The position numbers and the translations under genes were made by a program. The notes below the pieces were generated by a model that made no database searches, was not told where the DNA came from, and saw nothing but the letters and a program-made list of their open reading frames with translations. Below are positions 31,583 to 42,675 of a stretch of 64,000 nucleotides of DNA, piece by piece. Origin of the DNA: Scenedesmus sp. PABB004 (lineage: Eukaryota); contig JABVCE010000005.1 in assembly GCA_014905635.1 (NCBI GenBank), positions 992,001-1,056,000 of the forward strand. Direction: 5' to 3'. Position 1 is the first letter of the stretch. Every line of letters starts with the position of its first letter.

Positions 31583-34500
31583 ATGGGGCGGCCGGCGCCG
31601 CTGCTGCTCCTGCTGCTGGCAGCGGCGGCGAGCCGCGCCGCTGCTGCTGCCGCGCCGAGGAGCGGCTCGCTGGTGGACGTGCCGCAAGACGTGGAGCAGG
31701 TGCGGTCATGTCGCAGACGCAGCGCCGGCTGGGGGCGGCGCCAGCATCAGCGCCGGCGGCGGCACACCCGCTGCCAGCGGGCCGCGGCTGCCAGCGGGCC
31801 GCGACCTCCCCCTGCAACTCCGCGCCGCGCCTCGCCGCGCAGCCGGTCATCCTGCAGGCGATGCTCAACGCCAGCGTGTCCGGCGTGCTGTTCACGGCAC
31901 CGGCGTTCGACCTCGTCGAGGAGGCGTGGCAGTTCATCACGCCATCCACGCCGCTGTACCTCGAGTGCGGCGCGCGCCGCCGCGCGCCGCGCGCCGCGCG
32001 CCGCCGCCCCGCCGCCGCCCCGCGCCGCCGCCGGCCGACGCGCCCCGGCGCCGCCCCGGGCGCAGCCGCAACTTCAGCGTCACGTCGGCCGCGTCGCCGC
32101 CGACGGTCATCGACTTCCACAACCTCGCGCGCCGCGTCGTGCTGGAGCAGGGCGTGGAGTTCACGTTTGCCGACGTCGTCCTGCGCAACATTGGGTGCGC
32201 CGACGCGGCGCGGCACCGGCGCCGGCGGCGCGCACGAGCTGCTGCCCGCGCTGCGCGCCGCCCGCGCGCCGTCCGCGCGCCGCGCGCCCCCGCGGGCTCA
32301 CACCGCGCGCGGCCGCGGCGCCGCCCCGCCCGCCGAGGCCAGGGGCGAGGGCGTGCTGGATGCCGGCTTCTTCCTGCCGGCGCAGTCGGCGGGCGGCGCG
32401 GTCGTGCTGCGCAACGTGACGCTGCTCAACGCGCTGTGCACGACCCCGCCCGACGCCGCGCTCGCGGCGGCGCGCGCCGCGCCGCGGCCGCGCGGCGCGC
32501 CGCCCAACGCCGTGCGCCGCGAGCCGCGCGGCTGCGTCGCGCTGCCGGGCGGCGGGGGCGAGCGCTGCGTCGCCGACGCGCTGGTGTTCGAGCGCTTCGC
32601 CGCGCTGGGCCCCCTGGGCGGCAGCGGCGGCGGGCCGGGCTATGCGCTGCGCGCCGACAACGTCACGAGCCTGTGCGAGTCGTACGTCGACCCGGAGTGC
32701 CTGCGCACCCGCAGCGAGGGCGACTGCTGGGCGGAGGGCCTCGCGGCGCTGGCCGCGCGCGGCGCGGCGCCGCGGCGCCTCGGCGCCGGCGCGGCCGCCG
32801 GCGTCGCGGTCGGCGGCGCGGCCGCGCTCGCCGCGGCGGCGGGCGGGTGCGCGCTGTGCGCGCGGCGGAGGCGCCGGCGGCGGCGCCAGGCGGTCGCAGC
32901 GGCGGAGCTGGCGGGCACCAAGGGCGGGCCCGACTCCTCCCACAGCGGCAAGCGCTCGTCGTTCGACTCGGCCAGCCTGCCCTACTCGGGGCCGCGCCTG
33001 TCATCCGTCACCCACCGCGGCGCCGCGCCCTCCAACATCCGCCTCGGTGCGCGGCGTCCGCCGCCGCGCCGGCCCCACGCCGCCGCGGCCGGCGCCGACC
33101 GCACCGCCACGCCGCCGCGCCGCCGCCGCCGAGCAGGCGTGCTCATCGGTGCGGGCTCGTTCGGGCGCGTGCTGAGGGGGCGTTTCTACAACCACGAGGC
33201 TGCCATAAAGATCATCAACTGCAGCCGCAGGGAGCTGCCGAGGGTGCTGCGGTGCGGCACGCGCGCGCCCGCCGCCGCGCGCCGCCCGCGTTGGGGGCGC
33301 GCCGCCGCGCGCGCCGGTGGCGCCCAGCCCAGCCCGCCCCGTGCGCCGCGCCGCGGCAGGGAGGCCGAGATTATGATGAAGCTGCAGCACCCCCACGTGC
33401 TGCGCGCGCTGGCGTGCCAGGTCGTGCACGGCTCGGCGGCGCGCGTGCACGACGCGGACGCCACCAGCGGCGGCGCGGTGCGTGGGCGCGCGCGCGCGCG
33501 CGCGCGCGCGCGGCGCGGCGGGGGCAGGCGGAGCCGCGCCGCGCGGCCGGGCGGCCCGCGCGCTCACGCCGCCGCCGCCGCCGCCCGCCCGCCCGCGCGC
33601 AGCCGAAGCCTGCTGGCAGCGCCAGCAGCAGCGGGGCAGCGGGGCCGCCTGGCGGCCGCAGCACCGACAGCTCGCTGCACGCGCGGCCGCCGGCGGGGCA
33701 GCGCACGCCCGACGCGACCGGCGGCAGCAGCGGGCGGGCGCGGCTGATGCGCAGGCTGCGCGCGTCGCTCGCGGCGTGGAGGGACGAGGACGCAGGCGGG
33801 CTGCCCGGGGGCCGCGCCACCCCACCCGGCCAGCCGGCGCCGCCGCCGGCGACGCCACCGCAGCCGCCGCCGGCGACGCCGCCGCAGCCGCCGCCAGGCG
33901 CCGGCGGCGGCGACGGCTCGTGGGCGCTGCCGCAGCTGCCGCCGGACCACAGCTTTGAGCTGGACGAGGAGGCGGCGGGCGAGGGCCTCGGCAGCCTGCC
34001 GCCGCCCGACGCGTTTGCCGAGGAGCAGCTGGAGGTGCGCCGCGGGGGCGGGCCAGGCCGGGGCGGCGCCTGCGGCCTCTGGGGGCCTCCGGCCGGGCTG
34101 GCCGCGGCCGCCGGCGCTGGCGCCTGCGCCACGGCTCGCGCGGCGCTCCGCGCAGGTGTGGCTCGTGCTGGAGCTGTGCAACGGCAGCTTGCAGGACGTG
34201 GCCAAGCGGCCGGCGGACACGCTCGACCTGGTGCGCCGCCGCCGCCGCGATCGCTGCCGGCGCCGCCGCGCGCCGCGCGGCGGGCTCACCCGCGCGCCCC
34301 GCGCCACACACAACCCCTCAACCCCGGCCAGATGCGCCTGCTGCACCGGCTGCGCGAAGTCGCCGAGGGCATGGCGTTCCTGCACTCCAAAAACTGCGTG
34401 CACGGCGACCTCAAGGTGGGCCGCGGTTTCGAGAGGTCGCGACCCCCCGCGCGACATAAACCGCGTGCACGGCGACCTCGTCCGCCCCCGCCCACCCTGC

Positions 34501-35528
34501 CCGCGTCGCGCGCCCGCCCGCCCGCGCCGCCGCCACGCCCACCGCCGCCCGCCGCCGCCGCGCCGCCGCCGCGCAGGCGGCCAACGTGCTGCTGAAGAAC
34601 GACATCAACGCGCCGCACGGCCAGGCGCGCGCGCGGTGCCGCGCCGCGCTGCGCCGCGCGGCCGCCCCGCCGCCCCGCCGCCCCGCCCCGCCCCGCCGCA
34701 CCGCGCGCGCCGCGCGCGCCGACGCGGCCTGCCCGCCGCCGTGCCCCCCCCCTCCCCTCCCCCCTCCCCCCCCCCCCCCGCCGGGCCGCAGAGCGCCCGG
34801 ATCAGTGACTTTGGCCTCGCGAGCACGCTGCTCGAGGGCGCGACGCACCGCAGCACCGCGACGGTGGGCACGATCAGCCACACCGCGCCTGAGGTGCTCA
34901 CGAGCGGGCGGCAGTCGCCCGCGGCCGACGTCTACTCCTACGGCATCATGGCATGCACCCCGCACGCAGCCGCCGCGCCGCCGCGCCGCCGCGCCGCCGC
35001 GCCGCCGCGCGCCCCGCCCGCGCCGCGCCGCGCCGCGCCCGCCCCGTCCCGCCCTCTGCCCACCGTCGCGCGCGCCATGCCCCTGCCGCTCTTCGCCGCG
35101 CCCAGATGTGGGAGCTCTTTGCCGCGGCGCCGGCGTTCTCGGGGCACTACGGCAACGTCGTGCGCCGCGTCGTGTCGGGCGAGCGCCCGCCGCCGCTGCG
35201 CGACGCGCCTGACGAGTACAACCTGCTCGTCTCGCGCTGCGTCGACGCGGCGCCAGAGGCGCGGCCGTCGTTCGAGCAGGTCGCGGCGTGCCTCGACCTG
35301 CTGATCGAGGGCCTCGCCGCAAACAGCGGGGCCAACGCTGCGGCCGGCTGCGACGCGCCCGCGCCCGCGCCTGCGCCGGCGCACGGGCCGGCGCAGGGGC
35401 CGGCCGCCGCGCCGCCGGGCAGCTCGCAGCCGGGCCGCAGCGGCGTGCAGCAGGGCGCCGGCAGCGCGGGCAGCTCCTGGTCTGGCGCCTCGGGCCTGGT
35501 GCCCTCACGCCACGTCAAGGACTTGTGA
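31583..35528 (+). CDS. Single-pass receptor-like protein kinase (TKL group)
   Basis: Signal peptide MGRPAPLLLLLLAAAAS; Cys-containing ectodomain; [26 protein letters not shown] then RRRRRRR; kinase motifs IGAGSFGRV, AAIK, HGDLK|AANVLL, DFG, HTAPE, DVYSYG. Confidence 0.9.
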
Positions 35529-36376
35529 GGTCTGAGAGGCTTTGGCGGGTGCACTGCATCGACATCAATGGTACGCGCCAGGGGGCGACTCCAATTGTTT
35601 GTGTGTGTGTCCAGAATTTGAGCTTGCTGTGGCGTGTGCTTGCTTCGTGAGCCGAGCCTTCTCTGGTGCCGCCGCCACTGCGAGCGCCGCGCACGGATCT
35701 GCCGTCGATTTGGAGCGGCGCGACCTGGCTGGTCAGCTCGCGAGCTGGCCGTGTTTTGCAGCACGGTCTAGCCGCCCCTGATCCCCTGACACTGCCCGTG
35801 TACTGCCCACAAGCACAAGCACTGCCATCCGTCGGCGACGACGCTGCCCTGATTGGTGGGTCCAGGTGCGCTGGGCGCTGAACTCCACGGCGAGAGGGAG
35901 AGAGCGAGCGGGCGGGTTCGGAGGGGTCCCACACAGTATTGGCAAAAACTCGGCCGTCACCGACCGCTGCCGCACGCCAGCACGGCGCCGCCGTGCAAAG
36001 CAGAACAGGGCCAGCACAGCCAGCAGCCCACGCGTGCGGCCCACATGCACCAATAGCAAGCCCGCGCGGCACGCCGCTCGTTCGGCTGCGGCTGCTCGCA
36101 CCCTCCCCGTTACCTTGCTGAGATCGGTGCCGCACCCCCCGCGCCCGAAAGACGCAGTGTGCCCTGGCAATCAACACCGCCAGCGCCCAGAGCTGCCGCT
36201 TGGTCCCTCCCTCGGCACAGCGTTTTGAAGCGCATGAAAGTGGTGCAGGGGAGGGGAGCACCCAGCGATCACGTTTGACAACTTGATGGCGATCACGCTT
36301 GACAACAACAACCTGTTGGCAATACCTCGCTTGGGTTGGCAAGTGTCGGTCCGAGCGTGCTCAGTGCTCCAGATCA

Positions 36377-37975
36377 TCATGCGGTGATGTTGGGGCAGTT
36401 GCTCTGCACGGGGACGTTCTGTGGGTTGGAAAAGACTGGCCCCGCGGACGAGAGCACCGCGTCGGGGCTGCACGTGATGGTGATGTCGCCCGCCCCGCCG
36501 ACCACGCGGATCGCCGGCGAGCCGGGCCCCGACGTCGCGATCGTGCCGTTGATCACGACGCGGACGCCCGTGGCCTTGATCCAGAGCCCCGGCGCGTTGG
36601 CGCCCACCGTCGTCACGTCGCCGAGCAGGAACTCGTCGAGGCGCTCGCCGAGCAGGCTCACGCCCTCGGACCGCGGCCCCGCGGTGCCGATGCTGCTCCC
36701 CGGGCGCAGGCGCGCAGTGATGAACGAACCGTTGACCGACACGCCCTCGCTGTCGGGGCCGGTCGTGGTGATGCTGCCGCCAAACTCGAGCGTCGTCGCT
36801 TCGTCAGTGCCGACCCCGAAGGAGGTGACGCTGATCCCCTCGCTGTTGTTGCCCCGTGTGCGCACGGTGCCGGTGAGCTCGACCGTGCTGGCGCTGCCGG
36901 TGTGCGAGACGCCCTCGCTGTTGGGCCCGTACGTGTCGATGGCCGCGCTGATGGCGGTCGTGAACTTGGCCGGCCCGACCACGCCGGCCTTCAGGGAGAT
37001 GCTCACGCCCTCGGAGTCGGAGCCGTGCGTGGTGAGGTTGCCCGCGATGGTCGAGTCGACGCCCGCGCCCGTGATGCTAATGCCCTCGCTCTTGCGGCCA
37101 AAGCTCTCAAACGTGGAGTTGACGCTCAGGCTGCCGCCGATCGCCGTGACCGACACAATTTCAGACTGGGCGCCTGCGCGGGCGGCAGCGGGGCGGGCGC
37201 GCGTGGGCGCGGCGCGCGCGCGCGTGCTGCCGCGCGCCGCCCGCGCGCCCGGCGCGCGCACCGCGCGTGGTGTAGTTGCCGCCGTTGACCTCGGCGCGGA
37301 AGCCCAGCGCGGGGTCGCTGCTCGCGGCAGCGGCGGCGGCAGCGGCGGGCGGGCGTCGACGTCAGCGCAAGCCAGCTGGGCGCGCGCGGGCGGCGGGTCG
37401 GCGCTGCAGCGCGCTCCGCACCTGCTCTTCAGGCCAGAGATGGAAAAGATCTCAGAGTTGTCGCCGAGCGTGTCAGCCGAGGCGCTGGGCTCGGCGGTCA
37501 GCGTGCCGTCGTTGCCGCACAGGGACGCGTACTCGCCGTTGCCCGCGACGCTGTCAAACCTGGCGCGGCGGCGGCGGCGCGGCGCGGCGCGGCGTGGGCG
37601 CCCCGAGGGCGGCACCGCGCGGCCCCGACGGCGGCCGCCCCCGCGCCGCCGCGCCGCCGCGCCGCCGCACCGGCCGGTGACGGTGATCTTCCCCCGCTCG
37701 CCGACGACGTAGATGCCCTCGTTGTTGCCAAACTTGCGGCCGCCCGAGCGCGCGCGGCTCATCCCGACCACGCCCGAGAAGATGCGGCCCGCCGTCGCCA
37801 CGACTGCGTCGTCGCCGCGCACCTGGATGCCCGGCGAGTTGTTGCCGCCCATGCGCAGCTCGCCGTCGTTGGTCACGCGCGCGCCCGCGCCCTGCGACGG
37901 CGACGGCACTAACACGCCGCCGACGCGCTCGTTTGCGCGCCGTGCCGCAGCGCTGAGCTGCGGGGTCACCACCGC
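36377..37975 (-). CDS. Beta-helix-type repeat protein with TxGxxSEGxSx repeats (5' end unresolved)
   Basis: About 12 repeats, e.g. THGSDSEGVSI, TYGPNSEGVSH, TRGNNSEGISV, TTGPDSEGVSV, TAGPRSEGVSL, TVGANAPGLWI; three apparent GT-AG introns between ~37174 and 37675. Confidence 0.7.
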   Translation of the reverse strand, partial: AVVTPQLSAAARRANERVGGVLVPSPSQGAGARVTNDGELRMGGNNSPGIQVRGDDAVVATAGRIFSGVVGMSRARSGGRKFGNNEGIYVVGERGKITVTGRCGGAAARRRGGGRRRGRAVPPSGRPRRAAPRRRRRARFDSVAGNGEYASLCGNDGTLTAEPSASADTLGDNSEIFSISGLKSRCGARCSADPPPARAQLACADVDARPPLPPPLPRAATPRWASAPRSTAATTPRAVRAPGARAARGSTRARAAPTRARPAAARAGAQSEIVSVTAIGGSLSVNSTFESFGRKSEGISITGAGVDSTIAGNLTTHGSDSEGVSISLKAGVVGPAKFTTAISAAIDTYGPNSEGVSHTGSASTVELTGTVRTRGNNSEGISVTSFGVGTDEATTLEFGGSITTTGPDSEGVSVNGSFITARLRPGSSIGTAGPRSEGVSLLGERLDEFLLGDVTTVGANAPGLWIKATGVRVVINGTIATSGPGSPAIRVVGGAGDITITCSPDAVLSSAGPVFSNPQNVPVQSNCPNITA

Positions 37976-38338
37976 CAGTTGATCCGTGGCTCGCCGCCGC
38001 GGCTTGCGTCCGAGCGGCGTGCCGGCTGCCCAGCGCCGCGTGTGCCAACTCCACAGCGGAGCGGCGCGGGCGGCGGGGGCCGCACGGGCCAGCGTGCTGG
38101 CAACTCAACTGTCACACACGCACGCCGTCGCCTCGCGCCAGCACCCGACGGCGCGCCGCCGCGCAAAGCAGGGCCAGCGCACGCGCGGATGCAGCCTGCG
38201 GCCCGGCCGCTCGCTGCTTATTCCGAGCGCTCGCGCCCCTCCCGCTGCTGGGCCGAGATGGCGCCACACCGACGCCCGCCCCACGAGCATCGATCCCCCC
38301 ACCGTGACCTCACACCGCCCCGTGCGCACGCACGCAGC

Positions 38339-41300
38339 TCACGCGCCGCTGCGCCGCGCCCCGCGACCCCGCCCGCGCCCGCGCTGGCCGCGCCCGCCCC
38401 GGCCGCCGCGCCCGCCCGCCGCCGGCTGCGCCGCGGCTGCCGCCTGCGCGGCAGCGGCGGCCTCCCGCTCCCGGTGCGCCTTGAACGCTGCCTCGGCCCT
38501 CTCCAGGCTGACCGCGCTGAAGTAGGGGGGCTTGGTGCGGCTCACCCAGCTCTCCCACACGCGCTGCGACAGGCGCTGCAGCACCTCGAGCGGCAGCCAG
38601 TCGCGCGTCGGGTTGACCGCAAAGCCCTGCGCGCGGGGCGGCGGGCGGGCGGTGCGGGCGTCGAGCGCCCCGCGCGCCTGGCCCGCGGGCGGCCACGCAG
38701 CGGGCGCTGCCGCCGCGCGCGCGGCCGGCCGATCCCGCAGCGGCACGCGCCCAGCCCCGCGCGGCAGCCGCACCCGCCACTTGACCAGCACGTGCCAGTC
38801 GTCCGCCCCGTTGCCGCTGGCGGGCTTCTGAGAGACGTGGTCCACCACCGCCTGCGGCGTGCGGTCCTCAAAGCCAGACTCCACCAGCTCCTCCCACGCG
38901 GCGTCGCTCAGCTCGTCAGCGTCGCCCTCGCGGCGCAGCACCTTCAGCGGATACACGCGCCCTGCGCGGCGCCGCGCGCGGCCGCGCCGGGTCACCGGGC
39001 GGCAGCGCGGCCCGGCGGGTGCGCGCGCGCCGCGGCGCCGCGGCGCGGCTAGCTCTCAGCGCTGCGAGCGCCGCCGCCGCGGTGCCCGCGCGTGCGCGCC
39101 GCCGCCGGCCCCCGCCGCCGCTCACGCGTGGGGCCGCGCCCCGGCACGTCCTCATCGTCCTCCTCATCCAGCAGGGGCTCCGACGGCGGCGGCGCGGGCG
39201 CCTCGCTGGCCGGGGGCTCCTCCATCTCGACGCCCTCAATCCAGCGCGCCGTCTGGGGCAGGAGGGCGCGCAGGGCGTTGGGCAGCACCAGGACGGGCTT
39301 GGTCAGCTCAAAGGACACGCATGGCACCTGGTCGCAGTTGCCGTAGACGCCCTGCAGCTTGGTCAGGCGGGAGAGCTTGAGGACGCGCAGCGCTGTTGCG
39401 GCGCCGAGACCCGCGATGGTGCGCAGCCGGCGGCAGTCGTCGATGGTGAGCTCGCGCAGCGCGGTGAGGCCGTCGCAGAAGCCGCCGCCGAGGTGGGGCA
39501 GCGCCTCAATCTTCTGGCAGTTGGAGAGCTGCAGGAGCGTGAGTGCGCCGAGCTGGTGGAGGTCGGGCAGCCCGTCGATGGCGCAGCTGTCCACGACCAG
39601 GCTGACCAGGCGCGGAAGCTGGCCGACGCCCGCCGGCAGGTGCGTGAGCGCCTGGCAGTTCTGCGGGAGGGCAGCACAGCGCGGCGGGCGCGTCGGGCGC
39701 AGCGGGCGCGGGCGGCAGGCGGCCCCCACAACGCAGCCAAGGGGCGGAGGCGGGCTGCTCCGCCCGGCGCCAGCCCGCGAGCGCCGCACCCTGATGGCAA
39801 TCGACGTGAGCGCGCCGCAGTGCGGCCCGAGCCCCAGGCCGTCCAGGGACTGCAGGCCGCTGAACGCGCACAGCTCCAGCGACACCAGCGCCGTGAGCGG
39901 CGCCGCGGCCGCCGGCAGCCGGGCCAGCTTGGTCGGCCGCCCCTGCGAATGGTAGCCATAGCCGTAGTGATAGCCGTAGTGATAGCCATAGCCGTGTTGC
40001 GCAGACGAGTAGTGGTTGGTGGCGTTGCCGCCGTGCAGGTACCTGGAGCGGCGGCGGCGGCAGCGGCGGCGACCGTGAGGGAGCGAGCAGCGCCGCCGCG
40101 TCCACGCTGGCGGGCGCCTGCGGGGCACGGAGCGCCCCCCCCCCCCCCCCCCCCCCCCGCCTGGCCGCGCGCTCACAGGCTGGTGAGCGCGCCGCCCGCG
40201 CTCCAAGCGTTGGCCCCCAGGCCGTCCAGGTAGTAACCGGCGTCCTGGACGAAGACAGACGACAGCTGGGGCTTGCCCGCCAGCGCACCCGGCGGCAGCG
40301 CCGGCAGGGCCGGCGAGTTGCTGATGGTGAGCAGCTGCAGGTCTGCCATCGCGCGCGTGTCGACTTGGGAGCAGAGCTTGGTGCACTCGTGGATGTACAG
40401 CTCCGTGACGGCGGTGAGCCCGGACAGCCCCGCCGCGTTGAGGGCGCTGCACTCCTTGACGACGAGGCTCTGCAGCGATACCAGCCCCGACAGCTCCGGA
40501 AGGAACGCGACCCCGCTGCCCTTGATGGCCAGGCGCGTGAGCGAGCCCAGCCCGCCGGCGGCGCCAAAACTGGCGGGCAGCAGCATGGGGCCGGTGCCGC
40601 CTTGCACGCACAGCTCCTGCAGCGCGCCGAGGCGCGTGACGCTGGACGGCAGGCCCCGGAAGCCCGCGCCGGTGTTGTAGCCGTAGCGATAGTTTGCAAA
40701 GTGCAGGTCCAGCCGCTCCAGCGCGGTGCAGGCGCCCAGGCTTTCGGGCAGGCCCCGCAGCTCGCTGCACTCGGTCAGCCGCAGGCTGCGCAGCTGGCCC
40801 AGCTGCTCCAGCATGCCCTCGGGCAGCTCGCGCAGCCTGGGCGTGTGCAGTATCAGCTCGCGCAGGGCGGTGCAGCCCCAGTCGGCGTCCTCGGGCAGCT
40901 CTGGGGCAGGCAGCCGGGCAGGGCGGGCAGGGGTGGTCGGCGCGTGCGCGCGCGCGCTGGCTGCCGCTCACCGCCCGCCGCCTGCGTGGCCCGCTCACCG
41001 TCCTGGTGCGTCTGCAGCTCCAGCCGCGTGAGCGCGGCGAGCATGCCCACGCTGGGCATGCGGCGCGACGTGCGCTCTGCGGTAAAGTGGGCACCGAACA
41101 CGAGCAGAGCGCCACCGTACATCATCGGCAGAGCGTTGTGCCGGCCGCACAGGTCCAGCGACAGCGCCGCCAGCCTCGTCAGCTGCTCGATGCCCGCCGG
41201 CGTGGCCTCCAGTCGGGGGCAGTTCTGGGGGAGGCAGCCGGGGGACGGGAGAGATGGTGGGCGCCTGCGCGCGCCGGCCGCGGCCCCGCCGCCCGCCGCT

Positions 41301-42038
41301 GGCCGCCCGCCCCTGGCCTCTGCGCGTGCGCGTGCGCGCAGCGCGCACCGTCAGCGCCAGCTCCGTCAGCAGGCTGCAGGGCGCCAGGTCGGGCAGCTTG
41401 GCGACCTCGTTGCAGCTGTCGACCCGCAGGGACACCAGGGCGGTCAGGCGTGACACCCACGCCAGGTCCACGAGATCGTCAGACGAGCGCGGCGAGAGCA
41501 GCTCCAGCGCCTCCAGCCGCGCTGCCGCCACAGCCGCCGCACCAGCGGCCGCGGGCGGCGTCACGGCAATGCTGTACAGCGCCAGGCGCTTGAGCTGCGG
41601 CAGTGTCCACACGGCGGCGGGCAGCACGCTGCGCCGGTAGGCCTGGCCCGTCATCTTGAGCGACGTGAGCAGCGGCGCGCTCGCCGCGAGCACGCCGAGC
41701 ACGTCAGCCACGGCCTCGCTGGTGGAGAAGCTCAGCTCCAGCGCCGTGAGCCGGTCCAGGCCGACGCCGCGCTGCAGTTTGCGCCAGGCGACCGAGTCCA
41801 CGTCGACGTGGCCGCGGAACTGGACGAGCGGCAGCGGCGCCCGCGCGGCGCGCCACGCCGCGCATACCAGCTCCGCCTGCAGCGTGTCGCGCGCGCTCGG
41901 CAGCCGCGACAGCACCTGCCGCGTGACCTCGTCGTCCTGCGGCCAGCCGTCGCCGGCGGCGCGCGCCGCCTTGGGCGAGGGCGGCGCGGTCGCTGTTGCT
42001 GGCGCAGCCGCTGCTGCGGCCGCGCTGCTGCTGGCCAT
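38339..42038 (-). CDS. F-box-like + LRR + chromodomain-like + RGG protein
   Basis: N-terminal WPQDDEVTRQVLSRLPSARDTLQAELVCAAWRAA (F-box-like); LRRs; WHVLVKWR|GFAVNPTRDWLPLEVL; RGG tail; collinear exon/intron match to 1-2568. Confidence 0.82.
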
Positions 42039-42675
42039 GGCTGCCCGACGCGCGCCCGCCCTGATGCGTGTGGTGCGGTCGGCGCCCAGGCGTCGGGCGC
42101 GGCCGGATCGGCGAGCAGCGGGCGGGAGGCGGCCGCAGCGCGGCGGCGACGCGCACGTGGGCACCTGCGGCCCCGGCGCGCCAAGCTGCTGCGTCCGGCA
42201 CGCCTCAGGCGCCTCGAGCGCGCGGGTGAGAGTGTCGGGGCGCCGAAGCCTGGCTCACGGCGCGCCTGGCCGGCCGGCGACGGCACGGCGCGGCAGGGCG
42301 CGCTCGTCTGCTGCTGCGCGGCCGCGGCGGCGCGCGCCGAGCAGAGCGTGGCGGCCGCGTGCTGGCACGGTGTGGGAGACGGGAAGCGGGGGCGCCAGGG
42401 GGGCCGAGCGGCGTGGGCGCGGCGCGCTGAGCCCTGGACCGCCGCCGCGCGCAGCACGCGGCGCGGGCGTGCGCGGCATTTACGGCCCGCGCGCGTGTTC
42501 CCCAGCTGCCCTTTCAGCAGCCCGCGACATGAGTTGACCAAAATCCCTGGTGTACACGCATCAAGCATCAGCTGCCCCAAAAAAACATGCTCCGTGTGCG
42601 CTGCCCTGCCCGCTCGCTGCCCGCCGCCCGCTGCGCCGCTCGCTCGCTCGTTCGTTCACGCGCCACGCCCTGTAG

